A stretch of 64,000 bases of DNA from NCBI GenBank assembly GCA_965215515.1, contig OZ244057.1, forward strand, positions 1,312,001-1,376,000, read 5' to 3'. Origin of the DNA: Oligoflexales bacterium (GTDB lineage Bacteria; Bdellovibrionota_B; Oligoflexia; Oligoflexales; JAPPIL01). The notes beneath the pieces were generated by a model, which was not told where the DNA came from, did not search any database, and worked only from the letters and a program-made list of their open reading frames with translations. The position numbers and the translations under genes are program-made. Position 1 is the stretch's first letter. The number at the start of each line of letters is the position of its first letter. Shown here one piece after another: positions 11,309 through 19,888 of the stretch.

Positions 11309-12162
11309 GCTTCTACTCGTTTGCCTTTTGTGGCATGGTTTGTTTTTGGCGCAGACATGTGCTTGTGCCAATGTTTATTTGGGTAAAGACGATCGAGAAA
11401 TGGACAATCGTAATTTGAAAAGGCAACCATCCCCTGTACAGAATTCAAAACATCGGCAAGGTCTCTGTGTTGAGCATCGCTCATCTCAAATCTATATGCC
11501 TTGGCATCGCCACGGGTTGCATGCACGTAGGGAGGATCGCAGTAAAACAGGGCCTCAGGGGAATCATAGAGCTTTATTACGTCAACAGCGGGGCGGTTCT
11601 CAATCTGCACCCGCAAAAGACGTTGTGCTATCTCAGGCAAAGAACTCACTCCACCCAACCAACGACTGACAACGCCGCTCATTCCTGCTCTACTGGTATT
11701 CTTACAATTCGCCCACCTACCAATCGAAGCGGTCTGCGCAAGCCCAGTTCTCACTTGTCTTGCCCTGACGTAAAATCGCCTAGCCCTCTCTAGCGGTGTA
11801 GCTTCTGGGTCGAGTATACAAGCTCGCCCGAATTCCTCACGAGAAAATGGAGTCAAGCCAATAACACGTGTTAGCTCTGCGTGATCATCCCTCAACATAC
11901 GAAAAAAATTACAGACTTCTCCATCAAGATCATTGTAAGTTTCTACTGGCGAAGGCGGCTTGTTCAATAACACCGCCGCCGAACCAGCAAAAGGTTCACA
12001 ATAATGGTGACACTCAGGCAATTGTGGCAATAACCAGTTGAGGTGCGAAAACTTCCCCCCATACCAGCCAAACAAGATCAGCTTCTTCTTGCCACCCAGC
12101 CCCGACAGTGGAGGCGGAGCAATCCGACACGATCTTCTGATTGGTTCTATGACATCAGGCAT
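11290..12162 (-). CDS. Dam-like (D12 class) N6-adenine DNA methyltransferase; last residues probably lost
   Basis: WYGGK, EPFAGSAAV and YCDPPY motifs; ends RVEAQLCRG instead of the usual ExLWxNY. Confidence 0.88.
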   Translation of the reverse strand: MPDVIEPIRRSCRIAPPPLSGLGGKKKLILFGWYGGKFSHLNWLLPQLPECHHYCEPFAGSAAVLLNKPPSPVETYNDLDGEVCNFFRMLRDDHAELTRVIGLTPFSREEFGRACILDPEATPLERARRFYVRARQVRTGLAQTASIGRWANCKNTSRAGMSGVVSRWLGGVSSLPEIAQRLLRVQIENRPAVDVIKLYDSPEALFYCDPPYVHATRGDAKAYRFEMSDAQHRDLADVLNSVQGMVAFSNYDCPFLDRLYPNKHWHKHMSAPKTNHATKGKRVEAQLCRG

Positions 12163-12164
12163 GC

Positions 12165-12721
12165 TGTATTTTTGCCACGTTCAGCCGTACATGTCGAGAA
12201 GTGATGGGGAGGACAGCTATTTGCTGTTCCATATGCCTGACTACAGTCAGGAGGATATCATCAGGATATTTCCCAAGAGCCATCCCTACGTTCTGCCGCT
12301 GCACTGCATTAGGGACTTGACCCGTGAGAAGGTGGCTAAATTTTTTCGCAGCACTCTGATATTGGAGATCGAGGAGAGAAGGCGGCTTTTGGAACTGGCG
12401 ACTGATTGTTTCTCCAAATTCAATAGCGATTTTAGCTTATCTGTGCTAGAAGATATCGAGGTGGAAGCTATTAAAGAAGAAAAGGATAGACTTATGAACC
12501 AGCTCAAAATTGGCCGCGAAGGTTGGCTTGAAGAGGGCGAGCAAGCAGGCGTTTTCAAGGAACGGCACGAGGTGGCGTTGCGTATGCTGGAGGACGGCAT
12601 GAGTATCGCCGCCATTTGTCGCATTACGAAGCTCAGCCGCAGTGTAGTCAACAGGCTAGAGCGAGAGGGCGGCGAGCTAGAAAACGTCAAAAAGCGTGGC
12701 AGGGCAAAGAAGCGCGCCTAA
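12165..12721 (+). pseudogene. C-terminal part of Rpn-family (PD-(D/E)xK recombination-promoting nuclease) gene
   Basis: EEGEQAGVFKERHEVALRMLEDGMSIAAICRITKLS typical Rpn tail; nuclease N-terminus absent; start approximate. Confidence 0.65.
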
Positions 12722-12733
12722 GCTGGCTAGCCT

Positions 12734-12795
12734 ATGTAGGTGCCCCCGTAACCTTTGTCGATAGAAAAAATTAGTCAGGCACTACAGAAGGAGAG
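12734..12795. repeat. Right copy of 62-bp direct repeat
   Basis: Matches 3663-3724; perfect core 12743-12786. Confidence 0.95.
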
Positions 12796-13088
12796 ACAGA
12801 TAAAACACCGCAAAATCAGGCCTTCTGTCGCTCAAAAATTAAATTAAGCGCCCTATCCACGGAACTCAGGATGTGCCCGCTCTCTTACCATGTGGTCAAG
12901 GGGCAAGAAGGGTGTGAGAGAAACCATTCGGGTTTACCATTCTCGCGACAAAGCAGGAGATATTCATGCAGACAAGGTTCTTAAGTTGTATCGTCTTTCT
13001 AAGTAGCTCTTTGTGGTCTACAAGCCTATATGCTTGTCTGACTTGTCCAGTATCAACGGGGGTAGATGCCCCCGTAAAGAAGGGACGA

Positions 13089-14150
13089 TCAGACATTCCT
13101 TGCCTGCCGCGTAGTGAACGGACAAACACCCGCATAAAAATATTCCTTGCGAGCCGTAATACGCTTTAGACTGCTCGCCACCTGTGCCCGTAACTGCGGT
13201 TTGCACACCAACAGTGCCCGCACCTGCTCCACCCAACTAAAGCAACACTCCTCCTCCAATAAAAGATTGTTGCCATGCAACAATAAGTCGACCCCCGCCC
13301 GTACACCCGCGACGATAGCTGCTTGCGCACTAAAATGCCGCCGCAGCCCCCGCATCTGCAAATCATCGGTAAACAACAGCACCGTAGGACAACGCTCCCG
13401 TAGACGCACAATCGCAGGCTGTGAAATTGAAACAGGATACACACTATCCCACCGCTTGACATAACCATGACTCAAAAGCAAAGCCTCACCATGCAGTTCA
13501 CGTGCGCAACGATAGAATAACGCCAACTGTGCGTCATCCAACACCAACTCCATCACCTCAGCGTGGGAATTGACCGCACTGCCACCGATACCAGGATAGT
13601 GCTTGGCACACAAACCCAGCCCAACCGCACGCGCTACCTGCCCGACCAAACATGCATTGTGCGCAATATCCTGTACCCGATCACTCCACGCCCGCTGTTG
13701 ACCAGCGATGTCAGGGTTGGCACGGTTGCTGTTGATGTCGATGACAGGGGCAAGATTGTAGTGAATACCCAGTGTGCGCATTTCCACAAAGCTACGCTGG
13801 GTGCAACTGATCTTCTCGCGGTCAGACATGGCATTGAATGCCAGCGCAGACGGATACGGCTGAAAACCACACTCCTCCCGCAGCCTGCGTACACGCCCCC
13901 CCTCCTGATCGACGCAGATCAACGGCCGCGCCGACAAACTAGCCAACTCCCGACAGAGATGCCGCAATTGCTGCGGGCTACTGATGTTACGCCCTCGTCG
14001 GCGCGTCGCAACATCGTAATCGAAGAGCACCACGCCCCCTAAACCGTGCCTGCTGGCAAAAGTACGCAGCCAGGTAGGTAACTCCAATCCTCTAAAACCG
14101 AGCACAAACAATTCGCCGAGACGATCTAACACCGACACGATCCAAGCCAA
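13089..14150 (-). CDS. nagZ: Beta-N-acetylhexosaminidase (GH3)
   Basis: CVDQEGGRVRRL, LAPVID, KHYPGIG...NSH and TDDLQM motifs. Confidence 0.9.
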   Translation of the reverse strand: MAWIVSVLDRLGELFVLGFRGLELPTWLRTFASRHGLGGVVLFDYDVATRRRGRNISSPQQLRHLCRELASLSARPLICVDQEGGRVRRLREECGFQPYPSALAFNAMSDREKISCTQRSFVEMRTLGIHYNLAPVIDINSNRANPDIAGQQRAWSDRVQDIAHNACLVGQVARAVGLGLCAKHYPGIGGSAVNSHAEVMELVLDDAQLALFYRCARELHGEALLLSHGYVKRWDSVYPVSISQPAIVRLRERCPTVLLFTDDLQMRGLRRHFSAQAAIVAGVRAGVDLLLHGNNLLLEEECCFSWVEQVRALLVCKPQLRAQVASSLKRITARKEYFYAGVCPFTTRQARNV

Positions 14151-14653
14151 TAATCTTTAACCAGATAAAAATAGCTTATCTTATCTGGGTTGCATATTTC
14201 TAGGTTGGACTTTTGACAAAACTCCAACGGCAAGTATTGCAGGGAATTCCACACCCCACAGATGACCTCGACGGAAGGATACTCCTGGGGGACAAAATCA
14301 TAGCCAGAGGGCAACTTAAGGTGATCCGCGACCAGATGTACCAGTTGATATGAGAATGCCTTGGAGGGAAAGACACGCAAACTCTCAGAACGCACCAGCA
14401 CATTGGTCGTCTCATCGTCTTTGACGATATCCACCAACGCCTGCCCGCCACATTCAAGAGTAACCTGGTATTGGTTATCGATGGCAAAATAAACCGCCAG
14501 CCGCTCGTCGTTGTTGGGCTGACGTGCAACATGCACCGCCGCAGTCAATGTCACTATTTCGTCATATTTTATCCTTTGCCCTTCTTCACCTGCAACGCTA
14601 CCACATACGAGGGCAGCAAGCACCAACGATACCCACGATGATAACACCTTCAT
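14126..14653 (-). CDS. Secreted hypothetical protein
   Basis: Signal peptide MKVLSSWVSLVLAALVCGSVAG; overlaps both neighbours (operon-like). Confidence 0.7.
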   Translation of the reverse strand: MKVLSSWVSLVLAALVCGSVAGEEGQRIKYDEIVTLTAAVHVARQPNNDERLAVYFAIDNQYQVTLECGGQALVDIVKDDETTNVLVRSESLRVFPSKAFSYQLVHLVADHLKLPSGYDFVPQEYPSVEVICGVWNSLQYLPLEFCQKSNLEICNPDKISYFYLVKDYWLGSCRC

Positions 14654-15924
14654 ATTCCCCTCCGACATTCAGTAGCTGTAGTAAGACGATTGAAAAAACA
14701 CGAGCCGTCGTCAAGTTCAAATTGGCACGCTACCCTTTTCATAGTGTGACAACACAACTGCTTCGTCGACGACCAACTAAAACCCTTGTCACAGATAGGA
14801 GTGCTGTTCTGTAGCCGCGGTGGTGCTTGGAAAACAGGCATGACGACTTCAGGGACTTTACAGCCGCTGAAGATGTCATCGAAACATGCCACCACATGTG
14901 CGTTATTGACGTTGATGAACCGCCTGATCTTCTTCTCGATCGCATCGAGATAGTCATAATCAACCCGCTCGAAGTTGTGGGGACGATGTTTGATGAAAGT
15001 AATAGTGTTCAGAATCTCGATCGCCTGATCGTTGTTGCGTGCCAACTGCCGCACGATCAAGTCCTGCCGCAGCATCTTTGTCTCTCCCACCACCAGATTG
15101 ATCGGCTCAACACCCGCATAGTTCTTCGAGATAAGCTCCAACGTGACGAAGTTTTTTTCGAGCAGCGACACAATGTTGGTAAACTCGCGGGCAAAATCAA
15201 CCAAGCTCTTAATTTCGGGAATTCTTCCCCGCCCACCGCGACGGAAAATCTTCAATTGCGTCGAGCCCAACTCACTAAAGCTCGCCAGGCTGGAGTCGAT
15301 GTCCGCTCCCGCCCGCCAGGTAAGACCGCTCGCCGCGACCGCGGCATCGAAGAGACGCTCCCGCGTCCGAGAGTGAAACTCAAACTCAAATAAGGCAAAC
15401 AACTCCCCCCCTGTGCGCCGACCATAGATAAACTCATTGCCGCAGGCACGGACAAAATCCTCCGTGCGTCCCTCGCGGAGCAAATCGATGGCATTGGGTC
15501 GAAAGGTAAAACCATTCGCCAACAACAGCTGGTTGGCAACCCGCACATGTACCAGCAAATAACGCGATGCGCTGTTTTTATTGACACTGCGGGCAAAACT
15601 GACCCGTGCATCGACCTTGAAAAACACAGACGTTTTCAACATACCCGCCGCTGAAATGTTGAGATTTTCTCGCAACGCCGACTCGGAAGCGATCTCCAAC
15701 ACGCGAAATTCAGCATACTGCCCACGCTCCTCGCCACTTTGTGTACGCATCTCGGCAAGATCGACACAAAACCCTTTCGCCTCCCCGTCGACCGTACTCA
15801 ATCCCTGCCCAGGCAATAGCGCCAAACTCGCGTCCTCGCCATGCACGTTCTTTTCAACCAGCACGGCGTTCACGTCCCCCCCCACCACCAATAGGCATAC
15901 CAGCAACAACCTCCCCCGTATCAC
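14650..15924 (-). CDS. Secreted protein, putative MACPF-like fold
   Basis: Signal peptide; FVRACGNEFIYGRRTGGEL resembles the MACPF signature; Cys-rich C-terminus. Confidence 0.6.
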   Translation of the reverse strand: MIRGRLLLVCLLVVGGDVNAVLVEKNVHGEDASLALLPGQGLSTVDGEAKGFCVDLAEMRTQSGEERGQYAEFRVLEIASESALRENLNISAAGMLKTSVFFKVDARVSFARSVNKNSASRYLLVHVRVANQLLLANGFTFRPNAIDLLREGRTEDFVRACGNEFIYGRRTGGELFALFEFEFHSRTRERLFDAAVAASGLTWRAGADIDSSLASFSELGSTQLKIFRRGGRGRIPEIKSLVDFAREFTNIVSLLEKNFVTLELISKNYAGVEPINLVVGETKMLRQDLIVRQLARNNDQAIEILNTITFIKHRPHNFERVDYDYLDAIEKKIRRFINVNNAHVVACFDDIFSGCKVPEVVMPVFQAPPRLQNSTPICDKGFSWSSTKQLCCHTMKRVACQFELDDGSCFFNRLTTATECRRGI

Positions 15925-15981
15925 ATACCCCTCCCCACCCTAAAATTAACCCAGCCCCAATAACCTAACAGATCACACCAC

Positions 15982-16009
15982 AAAAAATGGCTGAGCTTTG
16001 CAGCTCAGC
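15982..16009 (-). terminator. Terminator-like hairpin on minus strand
   Basis: GCTGAGCT-gcaa-AGCTCAGC followed by CA and T6 on minus strand. Confidence 0.5.
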
Positions 16010-16245
16010 GAGCGCGGTAACAGCTAATTTGTTTTTAACTACAGGATGTTATCCAGTAACCAGCCTTGTGCGTAAGCTTTGGCGGGGACGCGACTTTGTC
16101 ATGCTGCAAAGTTTTATTTGGCAAGCATCCACCTCAAGCTTAGGGTGACTAAAAAATGTCCGTGTGGCGGCTTATGCCACGAAAAGAAAAAAAATTTCTA
16201 AAGGCCGCGTGGCTTAGTGTCGAGAGGCGGCGTGAAGGGAGGTGT

Positions 16246-17034
16246 GTGGTGGTTGCGTGGCGAAGTATTTTTCTGGGTCCGCTGTGCTGCTTTACGTTGT
16301 ATGGCGCTGCTTTAGGAAAGGATAAGCCCTCAGGGGGCGGTAAATCTGACTGGGGTGTGGTTGAGAGGGAACGCGGCTCAGACGACACGACGGTGGTGAG
16401 AGATGAGGATGAAAAGGCTGCCGACGAAACACCCGTGGCTGAACGGAAGGGCGATGCCTCCGCCGCTGAACCTTTCGGCGAGGAAAAACTAGACTACTCC
16501 CCGATCGTCGAGTCAGTTACCAAGCAAACTGTCGAGAAATTGGGACGCAAGTTAGTCGGAGGTGAAGGGCATGTTTGCTTGCGTTGTGAGGAGAAAAACC
16601 AGCTATCGGTGCAGGTGCTGGGGGTAAAAACCCTCGTCGGAGTTACTGGTATCGAGATGACGAGGCACGTCATGAGCCGCACCTCCGTGCGGGGGGGAGT
16701 TGGCTACGGTATCGGCGGTGTTACCTTGGGTGCCGCGATGCTGCACTATTTCCTTGAGGATAGCTGGCTACACCTATTGACGGGGATCAATGTCAGCATC
16801 AAAGGCAAACGCCACTTCGAAGGTCTGTGGGTGCTAATCGGTGTCGGCAGCAACTTCAGTACCCAAGTCGGCATCACTTACGGTGCGGAATTCGGGATGA
16901 CAATGGCTGCACTGGAAAGCGTTTTTGGTAGCAACGCACGCCTATGTTTCGGAGTACTATCGCAGTCATCGTGTCGCGAAAGATGGCGCATTTTACCCTA
17001 CATCACCCCGCTAAAAATCGGTTTCACCTTTTGA
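16246..17034 (+). CDS. Hypothetical exported protein, probable outer-membrane beta-barrel C-terminus
   Basis: GGGAGG SD before GTG; acidic linker; amphipathic strands; terminal IGFTF. Confidence 0.6.
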   Translation: MVVAWRSIFLGPLCCFTLYGAALGKDKPSGGGKSDWGVVERERGSDDTTVVRDEDEKAADETPVAERKGDASAAEPFGEEKLDYSPIVESVTKQTVEKLGRKLVGGEGHVCLRCEEKNQLSVQVLGVKTLVGVTGIEMTRHVMSRTSVRGGVGYGIGGVTLGAAMLHYFLEDSWLHLLTGINVSIKGKRHFEGLWVLIGVGSNFSTQVGITYGAEFGMTMAALESVFGSNARLCFGVLSQSSCRERWRILPYITPLKIGFTF

Positions 17035-17071
17035 GCCACGGCAGTGCACGTGCGTAGATATACCGCTGTCC

Positions 17072-18493
17072 CTACAGATGCCCGCTTCCCGCACATCCTC
17101 CACCAACCCCGCACTCCCCTGTGTGACCGAGATCGCTGATCTGCCATCCCTTTTCGACCAGAGACTGTCGCGCTACTGCGGCACTGCTATCGTAGTACGA
17201 GTAGCCACCATCAAAATTCACCCCGCGCTGTCGGGTGGTAACAGCAATACGTACCAGTAAAGCACTGTAGACCGCCACGGGGAGAGAGACTCCGTCGAAC
17301 ATTCCGTCCATGCTTTCGACGTTGCCGAAATCCCAACGCGACAAACCGCGGGGTGGGTAGGTCATGCCCGCAAACATCTCTTGCATATTACGCACCTTTG
17401 CGATGTTCCAAGCCGAGACATCGGGGTGCGCGTGGTCGCTACGATAAAACATCGCCTCCAAGGAAAGAACACTGCTTGTGTCCCACGCACTGACATCGGG
17501 ACTGGCTTGTCCTGTATTCTGAAACATCGCCGTCATGTGGCGTACTTGCGCGGTGTCCCAGGCACTGACATCGGGGTTCGCGGCCTGCGCACCATCGAAC
17601 ATGTACGACATGTCGGTCACCTGTGCCGTGTTCCACCGTGAGACATCGGGAGTCGCGACACGCGTTTGCGCAAACATGTGTGACATATCGGTTACCTGTG
17701 CCGTGTTCCACCGTGAGACATCGGGATCCGCGTGTAGTGCCCCTTCAAACATATCTCGCATGGTACGTACCTGCGCCGTGTTCCACCGTGAGACATCGGG
17801 GTTAGCCAACACCGCACCGCAAAACATGTGTCTCATGTTGCTCACCTGTGCCGTGTCCCACGCGCTAACGTCGGGGTCAGCCACGGATGCTTGTTGAAAC
17901 ATGCCCGCCAGAGTACGCACCCGCGCCGTGTCCCATCGGGAGACATCGGGGTTAGCGAGCAGCGCGTGGAAGAACATGGAGGACATGTCGGTAACCTGCC
18001 CCGTATCCCAGTTGCCGACTTCAGGCGTGACGTTGATCGCCGAGGCAAACATGTCCGCCATCGTCGTCACCGCCGCGGTATCACCGTCGCCGACGTAGCC
18101 GAGCAGATGACAACCAGCGAAAGCTGAACGCAAGTCCCGCCATCCCACCTCTCCGAGCTGGGGGACGGCAACAAGTCCACAGTGTTCCGCCTCCCACCAC
18201 GCGACACTGCTGCGTAAGGCGGACAGGAGACCGTGCATCACCACCGTGTATGTGCCTGGCTGGTCGTAAGTATGGGCGGTGGCCTCGTCGGCGGCCGCGG
18301 TGATGGCCGAGGCCGTGCCGTCACCCCAGTCAACGGTAAAGTCATAGGTAAACCCGTGCGGCAAGATCAGCTCTAGTGTTCTACGGTCGCCGATTTCCCA
18401 CACCGAGATGAACGGAGCTGCGCCGTTACTCAACACCACACCGTCGCTGCCTGTGCAGGCCAGCGTGAACGAAAAAAACAGCAGTGCCCGCAC
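17072..18493 (-). CDS. DUF285/BspA-type surface repeat lipoprotein with PKD-like domain
   Basis: Lipobox-like TLAC; VDWGDG...HTYDQPGTYTV; 25-aa repeats DTxxVxxMxxMF...PDVSxW. Confidence 0.88.
   Translation of the reverse strand: MRALLFFSFTLACTGSDGVVLSNGAAPFISVWEIGDRRTLELILPHGFTYDFTVDWGDGTASAITAAADEATAHTYDQPGTYTVVMHGLLSALRSSVAWWEAEHCGLVAVPQLGEVGWRDLRSAFAGCHLLGYVGDGDTAAVTTMADMFASAINVTPEVGNWDTGQVTDMSSMFFHALLANPDVSRWDTARVRTLAGMFQQASVADPDVSAWDTAQVSNMRHMFCGAVLANPDVSRWNTAQVRTMRDMFEGALHADPDVSRWNTAQVTDMSHMFAQTRVATPDVSRWNTAQVTDMSYMFDGAQAANPDVSAWDTAQVRHMTAMFQNTGQASPDVSAWDTSSVLSLEAMFYRSDHAHPDVSAWNIAKVRNMQEMFAGMTYPPRGLSRWDFGNVESMDGMFDGVSLPVAVYSALLVRIAVTTRQRGVNFDGGYSYYDSSAAVARQSLVEKGWQISDLGHTGECGVGGGCAGSGHL
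17333..18082. repeat. Ten 75-bp coding tandem repeats
   Basis: Identical 25-mer CCGTGTTCCACCGTGAGACATCGGG at 17626, 17701 and 17776. Confidence 0.9.
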
Positions 18494-18639
18494 CCCTTAC
18501 CCCCCATCGCTAAAATTTTGGCGGTAAATCTCCAACTGGGGGCGATGCTAGCACAGGCAGAGAGCAAACCAAAGTGAAAACAACTTAGCGATCGAGTTGT
18601 AATGCGATAAGAGTACGCGCCCTACACATGTGAGAGAGG

Positions 18640-19365
18640 GTGATGGATAGCATCGAGTTGCAGGATATCAGCGTTGCCTGCGTGGTAGGTACGAGACCCG
18701 ACGAACGCTTACGCACTCAGGAGGTGCGCGTGTCGCTCGCGGCGTATGGTGATGTACGCAAAGCCGCGTCCAGCTGCCGTTTGCGCGATACCCTCGACTA
18801 CGCCGCACTATACGCCGCGGTGCGCTTCATCCTCGGCACGTCCCGCTTCTCACTGCTAGAAACCGCCGCCGAAGCTATCGCTCGCTACCTGCTCAGCAGC
18901 AATCCTGAAACAGTGCAGGAAGCGACCGTCAGCATCGTTAAACCCCGCATCATGCCCGCACCAACCCTACCTCGCATCACCCTGACCCGCAGCGCGGACA
19001 GTATTTTTGTTATCGAACACCGCACCGCCTTCGGAGCGGTCGCGGTCGTGCAGGAAAACCGCACCTCAGGTATCTATCTGCTAACCCTCGCCGCCCACCA
19101 GAGCATCGCACCACACTGTCTCGATAACGGCAGTGAGCACACGATGACCCTTGCGGCAGGGCTTAACCTACAGGGGAAGTCCGTGCCCGCCTGCTACGCG
19201 GTCAGCTGGCCTGCCCACACTCCCCGCCGCTGGCAAAACACCACCGCACACCCACAACAGATCCTGTGCATCAACCGCCCTGCCTACAACCCTGCAGCTG
19301 TTAAACAACACCCCGCCACCACTGCCTTGCCCGCAGTCGAAGGCGAAATGCTCTACCCATACTGA
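18640..19365 (+). CDS. folB: Dihydroneopterin aldolase with C-terminal cupin-like extension
   Basis: VGTRPDER...Q, DTLDYA, FSLLETAAE and VKP motifs; ~120 extra aa. Confidence 0.8.
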   Translation: MMDSIELQDISVACVVGTRPDERLRTQEVRVSLAAYGDVRKAASSCRLRDTLDYAALYAAVRFILGTSRFSLLETAAEAIARYLLSSNPETVQEATVSIVKPRIMPAPTLPRITLTRSADSIFVIEHRTAFGAVAVVQENRTSGIYLLTLAAHQSIAPHCLDNGSEHTMTLAAGLNLQGKSVPACYAVSWPAHTPRRWQNTTAHPQQILCINRPAYNPAAVKQHPATTALPAVEGEMLYPY

Positions 19366-19367
19366 CC

Positions 19368-19775
19368 ATGCATCTCCCGACCCTCAACGCCCTCCTTAAT
19401 GCCACCGCCCTGCTTTTCCTCCTGCTGGGACGTATCGCCATCGCCCGTGACCGCCAACTTTTGCACCGAAACCTCATGCTGTGTGCCTTTGCTTTCTCCA
19501 CCGCCTTCCTTGTCAGCTATCTCATCTATCACTACAGCAGTACACAAATGACCACCTTCGGAGGACAAGGCTGGCTACGCATTTTTTACTACAGCATCTT
19601 GTTCACACACATCCCCCTCGCCACCATCGTCGTGCCCGCAGCCGTCGCGGCACTCTACTACGCGTGGCGAAGACAATTCGCTCGCCATCGCCGTCTCGTG
19701 CGCTGGCTATGGCCTGTATGGGTGTACGTCTCGTTAAGCGGCGTAGTTATCTACCTGCTGCTGTACGTTTTCTAG
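19368..19775 (+). CDS. DUF420 (YozB-like) membrane protein
   Basis: LPTLNALLN, HRNLM, FLVSYLIYH, THIPLA and WVYVSLSGV motifs. Confidence 0.9.
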   Translation: MHLPTLNALLNATALLFLLLGRIAIARDRQLLHRNLMLCAFAFSTAFLVSYLIYHYSSTQMTTFGGQGWLRIFYYSILFTHIPLATIVVPAAVAALYYAWRRQFARHRRLVRWLWPVWVYVSLSGVVIYLLLYVF

Positions 19776-19888
19776 TGAACACGAACAAGCCTGGGTAACA
19801 CATCCGACGGCGGGTAATGAGAGAGTGCCCCGCTTGAGTCAGCGTTGCGCCTGTGATAAGGGGCGGGGGTGCAGAAGAAGGACAGCAG

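Larger units (their letters stand above)
3663..12795. mobile_element. Degenerate AT-rich genomic/defence island next to tRNA-Asp, no integrase seen
   Basis: Direct-repeat bounded, visibly lower GC than flanks, many defence-gene fragments. Confidence 0.7.

Noticed and set aside
12859..12871. 12-bp match CGGAACTCAGGA with ~59048
   Set aside because: Many 12-mer coincidences are expected in 64 kb
12867..12890. CAGGATGT and CCCGCTCT matches to the tRNA-Asp 3' flank as attR
   Set aside because: Only 8-bp matches, and in the wrong order; expected by chance
12896..13096. 66-aa ORF overlapping the nagZ stop
   Set aside because: Coupling is suggestive, but no recognisable motif; insufficient support
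16010..16150. c-di-GMP-I riboswitch
   Set aside because: Only scattered short resemblances; core GGCAAAC/GNRA architecture absent
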